This document shows positions 27,472 to 37,096 of a stretch of DNA of 64,000 bases, piece by piece; the first letter of the stretch is position 1, and each line of letters opens with the position of its first letter. Where the stretch lies: contig JAYSWN010000001.1 of NCBI GenBank assembly GCA_043718025.1, forward strand, positions 22,253 through 86,252. The letters are read 5' to 3'. The translations under genes and the position numbers were made by a program. The stretch comes from Pseudomonadota bacterium (lineage in GTDB: Bacteria > Bdellovibrionota > FAC87 > UBA2466). Under the pieces are notes generated by a model, which made no database searches, was not told the DNA's origin, and saw only the letters and a program-made list of their open reading frames with translations.

Positions 27472-27502
27472 AAAGGCCGGCGCCAAAAACGCCGGCCTTT
27501 TT
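27472..27502 (+). terminator. Rho-independent terminator after lon
   Basis: AAAGGCCGGCG-CCAAAAA-CGCCGGCCTTT perfect stem followed by a T-run. Confidence 0.85.
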
Positions 27503-27706
27503 CATTCTTTAAAAAATAACGCGCGTCGCAAGTGAAAGATCCAGATAAATCCCTGTCTTACGTCGACAGAACGGATAAGTAGTTGAAATTGCTGCCGAGC
27601 GTTCACCGCACTGCAAGTTAATTTTTGTTATCTGTTCGTTAACACCCCCCGTACCTTTCATTGTGTTCGTCGCCATTTTGTAAGAATCGAAGTAGCAGGG
27701 GGATTC

Positions 27707-29272
27707 ATGAACAATCGATCTATTTTTACCGCTGTAGCGCTATTGCTGTTCACTTGGCAGGCTTTTTCAGCTGTTTTCGTGGACCCGCGCTTAATGCAAA
27801 AACTTGGCTCTAATTCGTCTTCGAACGAACTGATTCAATCTGTGATTCATTTCGAAGACAAACGTGACCTGGACGCAATCGTAGCCCGAGCGCCAAAGGG
27901 TAAGCCGGTGGGCGCCTTTCTGGCCGCCGAGCTGGAAAAGCTCACGGTTAAAGAAACACTGGCCACGCGTAACTTTCTAAAGGCACGCCAAGGTAAAGGG
28001 GTGAGTGAGATTACGGTGCTTTGGGGCACTCACTCAGTTCGCGTTCAGGCAAAAGCAAACGTTCTATCCCAGTTTTTGGCGATGAATGCCCGCGGCGTAG
28101 AAAGCATTATTCTCGATGAACCGTTAGCGATCGGCGAAATGCTCGACGATGCCAACGCCTCTTTCTCCCCTCGTGCGGTCGGTGTGACCGACGCTGAACC
28201 AGAAATCTCTTGGGGGGTTGAGAAGTCAGCCGCACTCGCGCTTTGGGAAACCGGCAACAAAGGGCAAAAAACAACCGTGGCCGTGATCGATAGCGGCGCG
28301 GCGATTGAACACCCTGACCTTAAGCCCAATATTTGGCAAAATCCTGGCGAGACGGGGTTAGATCAGAACGGCAAAGATAAAGCTACCAATGGCATCGACG
28401 ATGACGGTAACGGCTACGTCGATGATATCCACGGCTATAACTTTGAAGATAAGAATGCCGATCTCAGTGACAGCAATGGTCATGGTTCTCAAACCGCCGG
28501 CATCGTTGGCGGCGCCGGCACGGGGGGAACGCAAACGGGCGTTGCGCCCAAAGCCAAGCTGATGATTTTGAAAAGCTGCTGCAATTCAGGCACGAAGGCT
28601 TTCGAAACCAATACCTGGGAAGCAATCCAGTACGCCATCAAAAATGGCGCGCAGGTAATCAGTATGTCGATGAGTGCCAAGCCTCCGTCGAAACCTTCTT
28701 ACTCCAAATGGCGTAAGCTTGGTGAAGTGGAATTAGCCGCCGGCATCATCCACGTGAATTCAGCGGGAAATCTTGGTTCCGGAAAAGCTCCAAATAATAT
28801 GGGCGCCCCTTCTAGTAATCCTCCGGCCTGGTTTCATGGAGATTCGGTTAAAGGAAAAGGAACGTCGATGATCACCATCGGCGCAACTGACCAAGACGAT
28901 GTGCTTCGGTCGTACTCAAGCACTGGACCGGTTACGTGGCAGGCGATCGAAGAGTTCAAAGACTTTCCGTACACTAAAGACGAAAAGCCTGGACTCGTGA
29001 AACCCGAAGTCTGCGGACCTAGCGAAGTGCCCAGCACATCAAAAGACGGCAAGAGCTACACTAAGAGCTTCGGCGGAACCTCATCGGCTACGCCCAATGT
29101 TGCGGGCGTGGTTGCCCTCATGGTAACGGCGAAAACCGATCTCACTCCGGCTCAGGCTACGGAAGCGTTAGTGATGTCGGCCACACCGGTAGGAGAGGGT
29201 TACAACAATCAATGTGGCGGTGGCCGAGTGGATGCGTTTAAGGCCGTTGAATACGTACTGAAAAACTTCTAA
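27707..29272 (+). CDS. Secreted subtilisin-family (S8) serine peptidase
   Basis: Signal peptide and prodomain; triad VAVIDSG, GHGSQTAG, GGTSSATP; NGIDDDGNGYVDD insert; SAGN oxyanion motif. Confidence 0.93.
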   Translation: MNNRSIFTAVALLLFTWQAFSAVFVDPRLMQKLGSNSSSNELIQSVIHFEDKRDLDAIVARAPKGKPVGAFLAAELEKLTVKETLATRNFLKARQGKGVSEITVLWGTHSVRVQAKANVLSQFLAMNARGVESIILDEPLAIGEMLDDANASFSPRAVGVTDAEPEISWGVEKSAALALWETGNKGQKTTVAVIDSGAAIEHPDLKPNIWQNPGETGLDQNGKDKATNGIDDDGNGYVDDIHGYNFEDKNADLSDSNGHGSQTAGIVGGAGTGGTQTGVAPKAKLMILKSCCNSGTKAFETNTWEAIQYAIKNGAQVISMSMSAKPPSKPSYSKWRKLGEVELAAGIIHVNSAGNLGSGKAPNNMGAPSSNPPAWFHGDSVKGKGTSMITIGATDQDDVLRSYSSTGPVTWQAIEEFKDFPYTKDEKPGLVKPEVCGPSEVPSTSKDGKSYTKSFGGTSSATPNVAGVVALMVTAKTDLTPAQATEALVMSATPVGEGYNNQCGGGRVDAFKAVEYVLKNF

Positions 29273-29321
29273 GCACCGCGTTATTGTGAAGCCTTAAGAC
29301 CGATACAATAACTTGAGCGGC

Positions 29322-30068
29322 TTAAAAATTGTTTCGTAAAGGGGTGCGGAAGGCGGTTGCCGTCCGCACCTCTTTTATTTTACCGCTCGGCATAGCCTCG
29401 GCACAGGCTAGGAACGTGGCGCCGGTGGTGAAAACGTCGTCCACCAAAATCACTTTTTCAAAGGGCGCCGGATTCCAGTAGAAGCTGTGCTTCAAATTTT
29501 TTTGCCGCGCTTCTCGCCCAAGCTGCGATTGTTTGGCGCTCTCTTTGTGTTTTACTAAACCTGAATACATCGGAATACCCCATGCCGCACTCAGCACGCC
29601 CGCTATTTTTTCACTTAGGTTGAAGCCGCGCCGCCAAAAGCGACTCGAGTGCAGCGGTACCGGCACCACCGCAAAGCCCTCTAGATCATCCCACGGCTGC
29701 CACGCTTGCAACGTCGGCACCAGCAGGTCGAGCAGGCCGGAATAAGAGTCGTACTTTATGCGGTGAAGTAGCCCCCGGGCGTCTTCGTTCAAACGGAATA
29801 GGCTGCGGCTACAGAGCGGGTAATTTCTGCCGCCGAGGCAGCGGCCACATTGTTGCGAACTTTGAATTAAAATTTCTCCGCACCACCCGCAGGTGGTGTC
29901 GGGCACTCCGAGTAGTCGATGGCCGTCTTGGCAAAAGCGCCCGTCAAGCGCTTCACCGTCGCAAAGCAGGCAGTTCGTCTGAAATAACCCGGCCAGTGCT
30001 TGATCTAACGCCAGCCAGTGATTTCGGGGGGAGCCAAGCGGAACAACCAGGCCTCCTGCAGATGACAT
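29322..30068 (-). CDS. comF: ComF-family protein (double zinc ribbon plus phosphoribosyltransferase fold)
   Basis: CLLC, CGWC, CGRC; VPVPLH...RGFN; ILVDDVFTTGAT; true start probably near 30000. Confidence 0.88.
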   Translation of the reverse strand: MSSAGGLVVPLGSPRNHWLALDQALAGLFQTNCLLCDGEALDGRFCQDGHRLLGVPDTTCGWCGEILIQSSQQCGRCLGGRNYPLCSRSLFRLNEDARGLLHRIKYDSYSGLLDLLVPTLQAWQPWDDLEGFAVVPVPLHSSRFWRRGFNLSEKIAGVLSAAWGIPMYSGLVKHKESAKQSQLGREARQKNLKHSFYWNPAPFEKVILVDDVFTTGATFLACAEAMPSGKIKEVRTATAFRTPLRNNF

Positions 30069-31522
30069 GTGTCGATCCTTTCGGCGCCATCCAAATCCGC
30101 AATAGTGCGCGCCACTCTCAATAGTTTGTCGAGCATGCGGTGGTTAGTGGCTTCGTTCTCGGCCTGATGCTTCCACCAGCTCTGTGCCTTGGGGTTTAGG
30201 GTAAAAGCTTCGCCGTAGTGGTGAACATCGGCATTTGAGTTTCGTATTGTGGTGACGCCGTAACGCTGCCGTTGTGTTTCAATGGTTTGGGCAATGCGAG
30301 TTTGCATGGCTTCGTGCCACCAACGCGGTGATTCAGGCTCATCGTCGTTAAAATTAAAATGTAAAGTCACGTAGAGATCCAGCCGCTCGAGAATGGGACC
30401 GGAGATTCGTTGCTGGTACTTATTTTTGGCGTCTCGCGAGCAGCGGCACATCTTTTGGCTAGAAAGTGCGTACCCGCAGGGGCACGGATTCATCGCGACG
30501 ATAAGCGAAAACAAGGCGGGAAGCGGTGCTCCGGCACCAATGCGCTGCACTCGAATATGGCCGTTTTGCAGGGGCTCCCGCAAGCCTTCGATACTGTCGC
30601 GCCGGAACTCGGGAAATTCGTCGAGAAAAAGAACTCCTAAATGGGCGAGGGTCACTTCGCCGGGTAGAACATCGCCCTTTCCCCCGCCCAAAAGCCCTTG
30701 CGGAGAAATGGAATGGTGAGGCGCCCGAAACGGGCGCTCGCTTGGCCCCCGTTTTTCGTGAGGATAGAGGCAGTAATTTTTTAGAACAATTGGCACCTCC
30801 TCTGAGTTGAGCGGAGGCAGCAGTGATACCGCCGATCGCGCGAGCATGGTTTTTCCCACCCCGGGTGCGCCAATCAACAGCAGGTGATGGCGACCGGCGA
30901 GGGCAATTTCAATGGCGCGTTTGCCCTGCGGGTTGCCGCGAATCTGGTCCATGAGCTTAGGCGCTTGAACTGGTAGTGACGAAAGGGCCATGGGTGCCGC
31001 CAAAGGGGTTTTTCCATTGAGGAAATCGAGCACTTCGCCCAGGTGCCGCGCGGTTTTTGTTTTGGGAGAGTTCAGTAGCGACGCTTCCCAGGCGTTGCTA
31101 AGGGGAAGCACCACGGTCTCGATGTGCGGACAGGCCACCAGCACTTGCAGCAGCCCCACCACTCCGGTGACGGGCAAGAGCTCTCCGGCAATGGTCATCT
31201 CGCCGAGAAATGCGGTTTTTTCGAATTGAGCGAGGTCGACCAACCCTTCGGCCCCCAAAACCGCCATGGCGATGGCCAGGTCGAATTGGTTCCCCGATTT
31301 CTTTGAATTGGCCGGCCACAGATGAATCAGTATGTGCTTTGATGGCACATCAAAGCCAAACTGCGCCAAACACGACCGAACGCGCTCGCGGCTTTCTCGA
31401 ATTGCCTCGCTCGGTAATCCAGTTATTTGAATTTTAGGAAGGTTCAGTTGGCAAGAAGACTCAATTCCCACCACCTCGCCGTCGATCCCTTTAAGCGTAG
31501 CACTCCACGTTTTTGCAACCAT
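30005..31522 (-). CDS. comM: YifB/ComM Mg-chelatase-like AAA+ ATPase
   Basis: GLP...IRESRERVRS, GAPGVGKTM, RPFRAPHHS, GEVTLAHLGVLFLDE, AMNPCPCG, RVARTIADLD; ATG31522. Confidence 0.93.
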   Translation of the reverse strand: MVAKTWSATLKGIDGEVVGIESSCQLNLPKIQITGLPSEAIRESRERVRSCLAQFGFDVPSKHILIHLWPANSKKSGNQFDLAIAMAVLGAEGLVDLAQFEKTAFLGEMTIAGELLPVTGVVGLLQVLVACPHIETVVLPLSNAWEASLLNSPKTKTARHLGEVLDFLNGKTPLAAPMALSSLPVQAPKLMDQIRGNPQGKRAIEIALAGRHHLLLIGAPGVGKTMLARSAVSLLPPLNSEEVPIVLKNYCLYPHEKRGPSERPFRAPHHSISPQGLLGGGKGDVLPGEVTLAHLGVLFLDEFPEFRRDSIEGLREPLQNGHIRVQRIGAGAPLPALFSLIVAMNPCPCGYALSSQKMCRCSRDAKNKYQQRISGPILERLDLYVTLHFNFNDDEPESPRWWHEAMQTRIAQTIETQRQRYGVTTIRNSNADVHHYGEAFTLNPKAQSWWKHQAENEATNHRMLDKLLRVARTIADLDGAERIDTCHLQEAWLFRLAPPEITGWR

Positions 31523-31773
31523 AAGGTTGGATTTTGCAAAAGCTACACCCAATCTTGCGCTTGAATTGCGGGCAGTGGGGTTTTGATTTCGGTTGTCGTG
31601 GTCTGATTTTGGTTTTCCGCCGACCCCAACGCCGTATTCTGACGTATTCCAGGCCGCTCGCTCATTCGTTGTCCAATTTAACCTGACGGTGCACACCCGC
31701 TCCGTGCAGACCGGGCGGTGGAACGAGTCTTGCTGAGTTCTCAGCCGACGGCAAGGAGCTGACGATTCGTACG

Positions 31774-32766
31774 ATGGAGTGGCAGGCATTCGGCAAGAAC
31801 CCCGTCAAGGCCATCACCCTCAATTCGGTCACCGGAGAAGAAAAGGGGGGCGAACAAAACACGAAAACGCCGTTCCAAGTGGCCGATACGCCCAGCGCCC
31901 ACGGCGATTCCAATAACGATAAGTACCTCGCCGTCATCACTTGGTCCCGCCGGAACCAAGGCGAGGACCTCGACAGCGATTACCGGATTTACGACAACGT
32001 CACGGGTAAGCTGCTCAAGCAAGGGGTAGTCCCGGGCTGGCCCGTATCCGCCACGGTCAGCGACGATGGCAAGACGATGGTCGTGGGAGACCACTACGCT
32101 GTCGGCAAAGGCGCAGTCCGTTCCGTCGAAGTGGAAAGCGGCAAGGTGATCGCGAAGTTTGACGCCCCCATCGTAGCGAATCGGATCAAGTATCTTTCCG
32201 ACGGAAAGGTTTTTCTGGGTACCGACATCTCGTCGTCGAAGACGGGAAGTCTTAGCACCGACGATTCTTACTACCAGATGATGATCTGGGATCCCGCCTC
32301 CGGTAAATCGGGCCCCACGATCAATCTGGGAAAGAGACCCCATGACTTCGTCCCGTCCGCGGCCTCGAACGGAAACGTCCTGGTGCCGCGACCGGATAAT
32401 CTTCTTCAGTACTCCGGAGACTCGGGGGCGCTGCTCAAAACCATCACGATTCCCAACATGACGCTGCACAAAGAAGCGTCTGCGTTTAAGCACGACATGA
32501 CCCCGGATGCCCGTTTCGCGGCGGTAACTGTCGGCTCGGAGTACTCCCCCCATCAGGTTCAGATTTGGGACCTCGAAGCGGGAAAAAAGGTTTCTTTCGC
32601 GGGCTCACCCAACGGTGAATTCCAGTTCGTGAAGTTCTCGCCAAAGTCGGACCTTCTCGTCCTCGGCCGGCGGGACGAAGTGTGCGTCTACAACACGGGC
32701 TTGAAAGCGAGGACCGAAGGCGGAGTCTCGAGCGCTTCTCCCAAGGGTTCGGGCACACATAAGTAG
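31774..32766 (+). CDS. WD40/YVTN-like beta-propeller protein, possibly 5'-truncated
   Basis: Repeated blade motifs (VSDDGK, YLSDGK, IWDPASGK, MTPDAR, IWDLEAGK, FSPKSD); no signal peptide or clear SD. Confidence 0.65.
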   Translation: MEWQAFGKNPVKAITLNSVTGEEKGGEQNTKTPFQVADTPSAHGDSNNDKYLAVITWSRRNQGEDLDSDYRIYDNVTGKLLKQGVVPGWPVSATVSDDGKTMVVGDHYAVGKGAVRSVEVESGKVIAKFDAPIVANRIKYLSDGKVFLGTDISSSKTGSLSTDDSYYQMMIWDPASGKSGPTINLGKRPHDFVPSAASNGNVLVPRPDNLLQYSGDSGALLKTITIPNMTLHKEASAFKHDMTPDARFAAVTVGSEYSPHQVQIWDLEAGKKVSFAGSPNGEFQFVKFSPKSDLLVLGRRDEVCVYNTGLKARTEGGVSSASPKGSGTHK

Positions 32767-32820
32767 GAGTTCCTTGACCAGTTGAGCTGCAGGAGTAGAC
32801 GAGGACGTTACTCGGTGTTT

Positions 32821-33597
32821 TCAAAGAAAGATGGTTTTGCGTTCTTTAAGGTGCTGGTGAAGTTGCTTCTGCAGTTGGTGGCGGATTTCGCGGCTGAGCT
32901 TGGTGACGTACTCGATGTCTTCTGCCTTCTCCGGATCTTTTGGCAGGTAAATAGGATCTAAAAACTCAATGTGCCAACGTGCCGGAAGTGGAATTACGTT
33001 GAGCGGCACCGGTACGATAATTCCGATGACATGTTTGGCCCAGCGAATTTGCGAAAGGTTGATGTTGCTCTCTTCGGCGCCAATCACGAACGAAGGGATG
33101 ATGGGAGCGCCAGTGCGCAGCGCGAGTCGTACGAACCCGCGTCGGAAACGGCGTAGTTTATAGGCTTGCGAGCTGGGTTTGAAATTGCCCTCTTCGCCTT
33201 CGGGAAATAGCAAAAGGCATTGGCCCCGTTCTAAAATCTTGAAGCCATTGTCCATCGTTGCCGGCACCAATCCCATTTTGCGGGCCGGAACCGAAATTTC
33301 GGGTCGAATAAACCACATCTTGTGGGCGATGATCCGCGGCAGCCGTTTCAATTTTCCGTGAATCTGGTGCACGATCATCAGCGCATCAAAACCCATAAAG
33401 CCGCTGTGATTGGCGATTACGATGACCGGCCCTTTTTTGGGAATTTTTTCAAGCCCCACGCAGGTGACCCGCAGGTACTTGGTGATGAGCTCAAGCAGAA
33501 AACTGGGCAGTACGCGATAGGCGAGCTCATCGGGAGCCAGCCCTTTGGCCTTGAGCTTCATGGTGCGAAGTAAGGCGTGGGCGATGGGGTTGCGCAT
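32821..33597 (-). CDS. Lysophospholipid/glycerol acyltransferase (PlsC-like)
   Basis: NHSG...D, FPEG, GFVRLAL..GAPIIP motifs. Confidence 0.88.
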   Translation of the reverse strand: MRNPIAHALLRTMKLKAKGLAPDELAYRVLPSFLLELITKYLRVTCVGLEKIPKKGPVIVIANHSGFMGFDALMIVHQIHGKLKRLPRIIAHKMWFIRPEISVPARKMGLVPATMDNGFKILERGQCLLLFPEGEEGNFKPSSQAYKLRRFRRGFVRLALRTGAPIIPSFVIGAEESNINLSQIRWAKHVIGIIVPVPLNVIPLPARWHIEFLDPIYLPKDPEKAEDIEYVTKLSREIRHQLQKQLHQHLKERKTIFL

Positions 33598-33652
33598 AGC
33601 GTTGGTTTAATGAAGAAGGGGGAGAAAGTCTAACTTTGCGAATTTGCCGAAT

Positions 33653-34753
33653 CTACGCAGTTACGACGCGAATGACTTTAGCCTTTCGCAGGGCGATCAT
33701 CGATTCATAAATGGTGACATCGGGAAGCGGATTAAAATCAACGACCTTTCCTACGTCGCCAAACTCTACCACGCTGCTAAGGGTGAGAAATTCTTCGCGG
33801 GTTAATTCTAACTGCGGATGCAAGGCGCTGGGCTCAAGCTCGACTTGAATCTCCTTGGCGGGAATCTCTCTACGAATTTGGTTGTACCTAATTTTAAAAT
33901 CTTCGCCCTCGCGTGAAAGGTGTTTTAAATTTACGTTGAGATCCCCCTCGAGCCACATTGAGGCGGCATCGACGCGTTCGAACGAGTAATGCGGATCATC
34001 CCATAAAAACATGCGGTACAACGCTTTGAGTCCGCGCACGGAGCCGGTTAGCGCCGAAACCAAACGGCCGTGCAAAAATTCAACTTTGCCGGTCTGATCT
34101 TCGAAACTGCCCTTGATCTGCAACGAGCCCGTGCGCTCTAACTCGTGAATGGTGTAAAGCGCGTCGCGCAGCTCGCTGCTGGGTTTGAAAGTGACCCGAT
34201 CATTTTCGTTTCCGGTTTTGGGACGGTTGTCGCGCAGAAACTCATTGGATATTTGGACGCACCGTTCAAGTTTCTCCGAACTCTCTTTAATGTCTTCGAA
34301 CAGCGGCTTGGCATCGCCGTAGTTTTCACCTTCGATGGAAAGCGTTTTTATGGCCTGCAAATAATGGGTGGACTGTTGCATGGTTTCGGCCGCCCGCGCC
34401 ATTTTCTTTAGCGGTTCCACAATTTTTTTGTCATCGTGTCGTGGATTTTCGAGCGTGAGGTAGATGCGGTTTTCCATGGCAAAGTGCAGGTCTTCTTTCG
34501 TAAATGCTTTGCCAAACCAAACCAATAAAACCGGACGTTGAGCGGCGCGAATTCTTCCGATCTCGCGTTTCATATCCGGCGCATTTTCAACAAAAACAAT
34601 TTCCACTGTCGAGGAACTCAGGTCGCAAAATTTTTGGGTAGAGACTTCAAATGAAACTTCGGCCAGGCTTTCGCTCTGCAGTCCTTTTAAGAACTGGCGG
34701 GCCCAGTTGCTTAAGTCACCAACGCTTGAGATGCGGCATAGAGGTGATTTCAT
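33653..34753 (-). CDS. Signalling protein: degenerate receiver-like N-terminus plus DUF4388 (PATAN-like) domain
   Basis: L.D.L..I....RTGSLQI....GKVEF..GRLVSA....RG.KALYRMF.W pattern. Confidence 0.65.
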   Translation of the reverse strand: MKSPLCRISSVGDLSNWARQFLKGLQSESLAEVSFEVSTQKFCDLSSSTVEIVFVENAPDMKREIGRIRAAQRPVLLVWFGKAFTKEDLHFAMENRIYLTLENPRHDDKKIVEPLKKMARAAETMQQSTHYLQAIKTLSIEGENYGDAKPLFEDIKESSEKLERCVQISNEFLRDNRPKTGNENDRVTFKPSSELRDALYTIHELERTGSLQIKGSFEDQTGKVEFLHGRLVSALTGSVRGLKALYRMFLWDDPHYSFERVDAASMWLEGDLNVNLKHLSREGEDFKIRYNQIRREIPAKEIQVELEPSALHPQLELTREEFLTLSSVVEFGDVGKVVDFNPLPDVTIYESMIALRKAKVIRVVTA

Positions 34754-34829
34754 GAATCGTCATTGCGAGCCACTAAGTGGCGCGGCAACCTTCGGCATTA
34801 TTTGGGGTAAAACTAATCCGTATTACGGA

Positions 34830-35951
34830 TTAAGACGAGTAACGTTTCAAAAAAAGAGCCTTCAGCTTCGGGTACTTTTTCAGAAGCGCTAAGGCGTAAG
34901 CGCTGTGGCCGGGGTAGTAGCCATTGCCAATGATAAACCTAGCCGAGCTGGCGACCCCTTCCGCTCCCAGCGCCACCTTGGAAAATGAAGTGGCCATTCC
35001 AAAAAAAATTGCGGTGCCTTTGGTGTTGGTGCTTAGCACGGCACTCATTTCCGTGTCGGGCACCGACGCCACGTTCACTACAACGTCTCCCATTTTATCA
35101 CGGGTAAGCTTGCCGACACTAGACGCCACCGCAATGGAATCGGTGGCGTCAATTTCTAAAACTTCGTCGCAGATTCCCAGCGCCCGAAGTTCGGCGGCAG
35201 CCGGCGCAAAAGGTTCGATGCCAATGATCTTGCCAGACTTACCTATTTTTTGGCGCGCCGCGAAACAGCTGAGAATTCCCGCTTTACCGCCGGCCCCGAT
35301 GACGACCACTTTTTTTCCTGGTTTACAATGCGCGGCCACTAACGCCGGTGCTCCGGCCACATCGAACAAGCTTAGTGCGGCCCGCTCGGGGAGATCGAGT
35401 GGAATTTTGTCGGCAATTCCGCTTTCAAACAAAATGGCGTACCCGTTTACCAGCAGTTGATGCGTTTTGGTGTCTACGGTTTCTACGCGCTCAAGGTTGA
35501 GCGGGGTAAGCGTTAGCGAAACCAAGGTGACGATGGTATCGCCCACTTTCGCTTTTACCGGACCGCGGTAATGCGAGCCAATCTGCTTAATTTTACCGAG
35601 CAGCATGCCGCCTGAACCGGTGACGCGGTTATGTTGTTTACCCTGCTTTTGGCAATTGGCCATTACGGTCAAAGCGATGTCGGCCACGCTGCCGCGCGTC
35701 TCTCTCTCCATCTGTACGAAACTGGCGGCGTCAATATTAAGGCGTTCGACCTCAATTAAAATTTCATTTGAATAAATCGGTAGTGAGTTGTCTAAACGCT
35801 CTGCGGCTTGGGGAAGGCGAGGTTTTTCGTCGATGACGCGATGCAGCCCAAGTGGGTGGCCAAGTTCGGACCGTTCCTGCAAACGGGGCGTTGGTTTTAT
35901 AGATACCCGTGGGCTTTTTTTGGACTTAAGAGTTTTTGACCGCATCGCCAT
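34830..35951 (-). CDS. kdd: L-erythro-3,5-diaminohexanoate dehydrogenase
   Basis: G.HRVI....LPQAAERLDN, LNIDAASF, GKQHNRVTGSGGMLLG, TLVSLTLTPL, DVAGAP, GNGY. Confidence 0.88.
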   Translation of the reverse strand: MAMRSKTLKSKKSPRVSIKPTPRLQERSELGHPLGLHRVIDEKPRLPQAAERLDNSLPIYSNEILIEVERLNIDAASFVQMERETRGSVADIALTVMANCQKQGKQHNRVTGSGGMLLGKIKQIGSHYRGPVKAKVGDTIVTLVSLTLTPLNLERVETVDTKTHQLLVNGYAILFESGIADKIPLDLPERAALSLFDVAGAPALVAAHCKPGKKVVVIGAGGKAGILSCFAARQKIGKSGKIIGIEPFAPAAAELRALGICDEVLEIDATDSIAVASSVGKLTRDKMGDVVVNVASVPDTEMSAVLSTNTKGTAIFFGMATSFSKVALGAEGVASSARFIIGNGYYPGHSAYALALLKKYPKLKALFLKRYSS

Positions 35952-36981
35952 AAATTCGTTCTTCGGCGAGCCTGTCTGCCACTAAGAATGGAGGCAGCTT
36001 TTCTGCTTTCGAGCGCCGGTAGATCTCCTTAACCGTATCGTAGATCGCATCGGCTTTTTTCAGGGCTTTTTCTTGGTTGTAGCCTTCGTATTCAATAAAA
36101 ATATTGATGATCCCGCCGGAATTTACCGCGTAGTCAGGAGCGTAGAGAATGCCCAGTTGGGCCAGTTTGTGGCCGTCTTCGAGGGTCGCCAACTGGTTGT
36201 TGGCGCAGCCCACTACCGCTTTGCAGCGCAAACGGGGGATGTTGAGGTGGTTTAAAATCGCCCCGCGCGCCGAGGGCGAAAAAATATCGCAGTCCACATC
36301 ATAAATCTCTTCGAGGCCCACCACTTCCGCGCCCAACTCTATTTTGGCCCGGTCAAGTGCTTCGCCGCTGACGTCACAAACCCAAATTTTACCTCCGGCC
36401 TTCACTACGGACTCGGCAACGCCGTAACCTACGTGGCCAATGCCTTGCAAGGCCACCCGTGCGCCATTCAAGCTCTTGCCACCCGATAGCTCTTCCATGG
36501 TGGCCTCCAGGGCGCGGAACACCCCGCGGGCGGTGATCGGAGAGGGGTCACCACTGCTGCCCGGGGCGCCATCAATGCCTAAAACGAAACGCGTGCCACG
36601 CTTTACGTCGAAAAGATCGCGGCCAGTAATGTTCATGTCCTTAGCGGCCAAATAGTGGCCCCCAAACGAATCTACAAATTGCCCGAACGCGGTAAAAAGC
36701 TCGGTGGTTTTTTTTGTCGGATCGCCGATGAGCACGCTTTTGCCGCCTCCAAACCCAATGCCGGCCAGTGCCGACTTATACGACATGCCTTTAGAAAGGC
36801 GGAGAACGTCTTCCAGAGCCTCTTCCCTTTTGGCGTAGGGCAGCATGCGAATTCCACCGCACGCCGGGCCCAAGCTGGTGTTGTGAATTGCGATGATGCT
36901 TTTCATTCCACTCTTGGGTTCTTCGGCGTAAACCACTTTTTCGTATCCGGGGACGGTAATAATTTCAGTGTGCAATGACAT
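35926..36981 (-). CDS. Glu/Leu/Phe/Val dehydrogenase (leucine dehydrogenase-like)
   Basis: IAIHNTSLGPACGGIR, LSKGMSYK, GGGKSV, GDPSPITARGV, QGIGHVG, GCANNQL. Confidence 0.92.
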   Translation of the reverse strand: MSLHTEIITVPGYEKVVYAEEPKSGMKSIIAIHNTSLGPACGGIRMLPYAKREEALEDVLRLSKGMSYKSALAGIGFGGGKSVLIGDPTKKTTELFTAFGQFVDSFGGHYLAAKDMNITGRDLFDVKRGTRFVLGIDGAPGSSGDPSPITARGVFRALEATMEELSGGKSLNGARVALQGIGHVGYGVAESVVKAGGKIWVCDVSGEALDRAKIELGAEVVGLEEIYDVDCDIFSPSARGAILNHLNIPRLRCKAVVGCANNQLATLEDGHKLAQLGILYAPDYAVNSGGIINIFIEYEGYNQEKALKKADAIYDTVKEIYRRSKAEKLPPFLVADRLAEERIYGDAVKNS

Positions 36982-37096
36982 GGGTGCCTCGAAAGTAAAC
37001 GTGGTACCGGCTAGTTCCTTGACGGGCAAGCGAATTTAGAAGTACCTCTCAAGGTATCACCTAACAAAAAAATAACTATCGTCGCAAAAACAACTT

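Noticed and set aside
31523..31789. 89-aa N-terminal extension of ComM given by the ORF track
   Set aside because: Family similarity starts at MVAKTWS (31522), and the extension overlaps the opposite-strand gene.
31741..32553. 270-aa antisense ORF
   Set aside because: Shadow of the GC3-rich beta-propeller gene, with no protein-like motifs.
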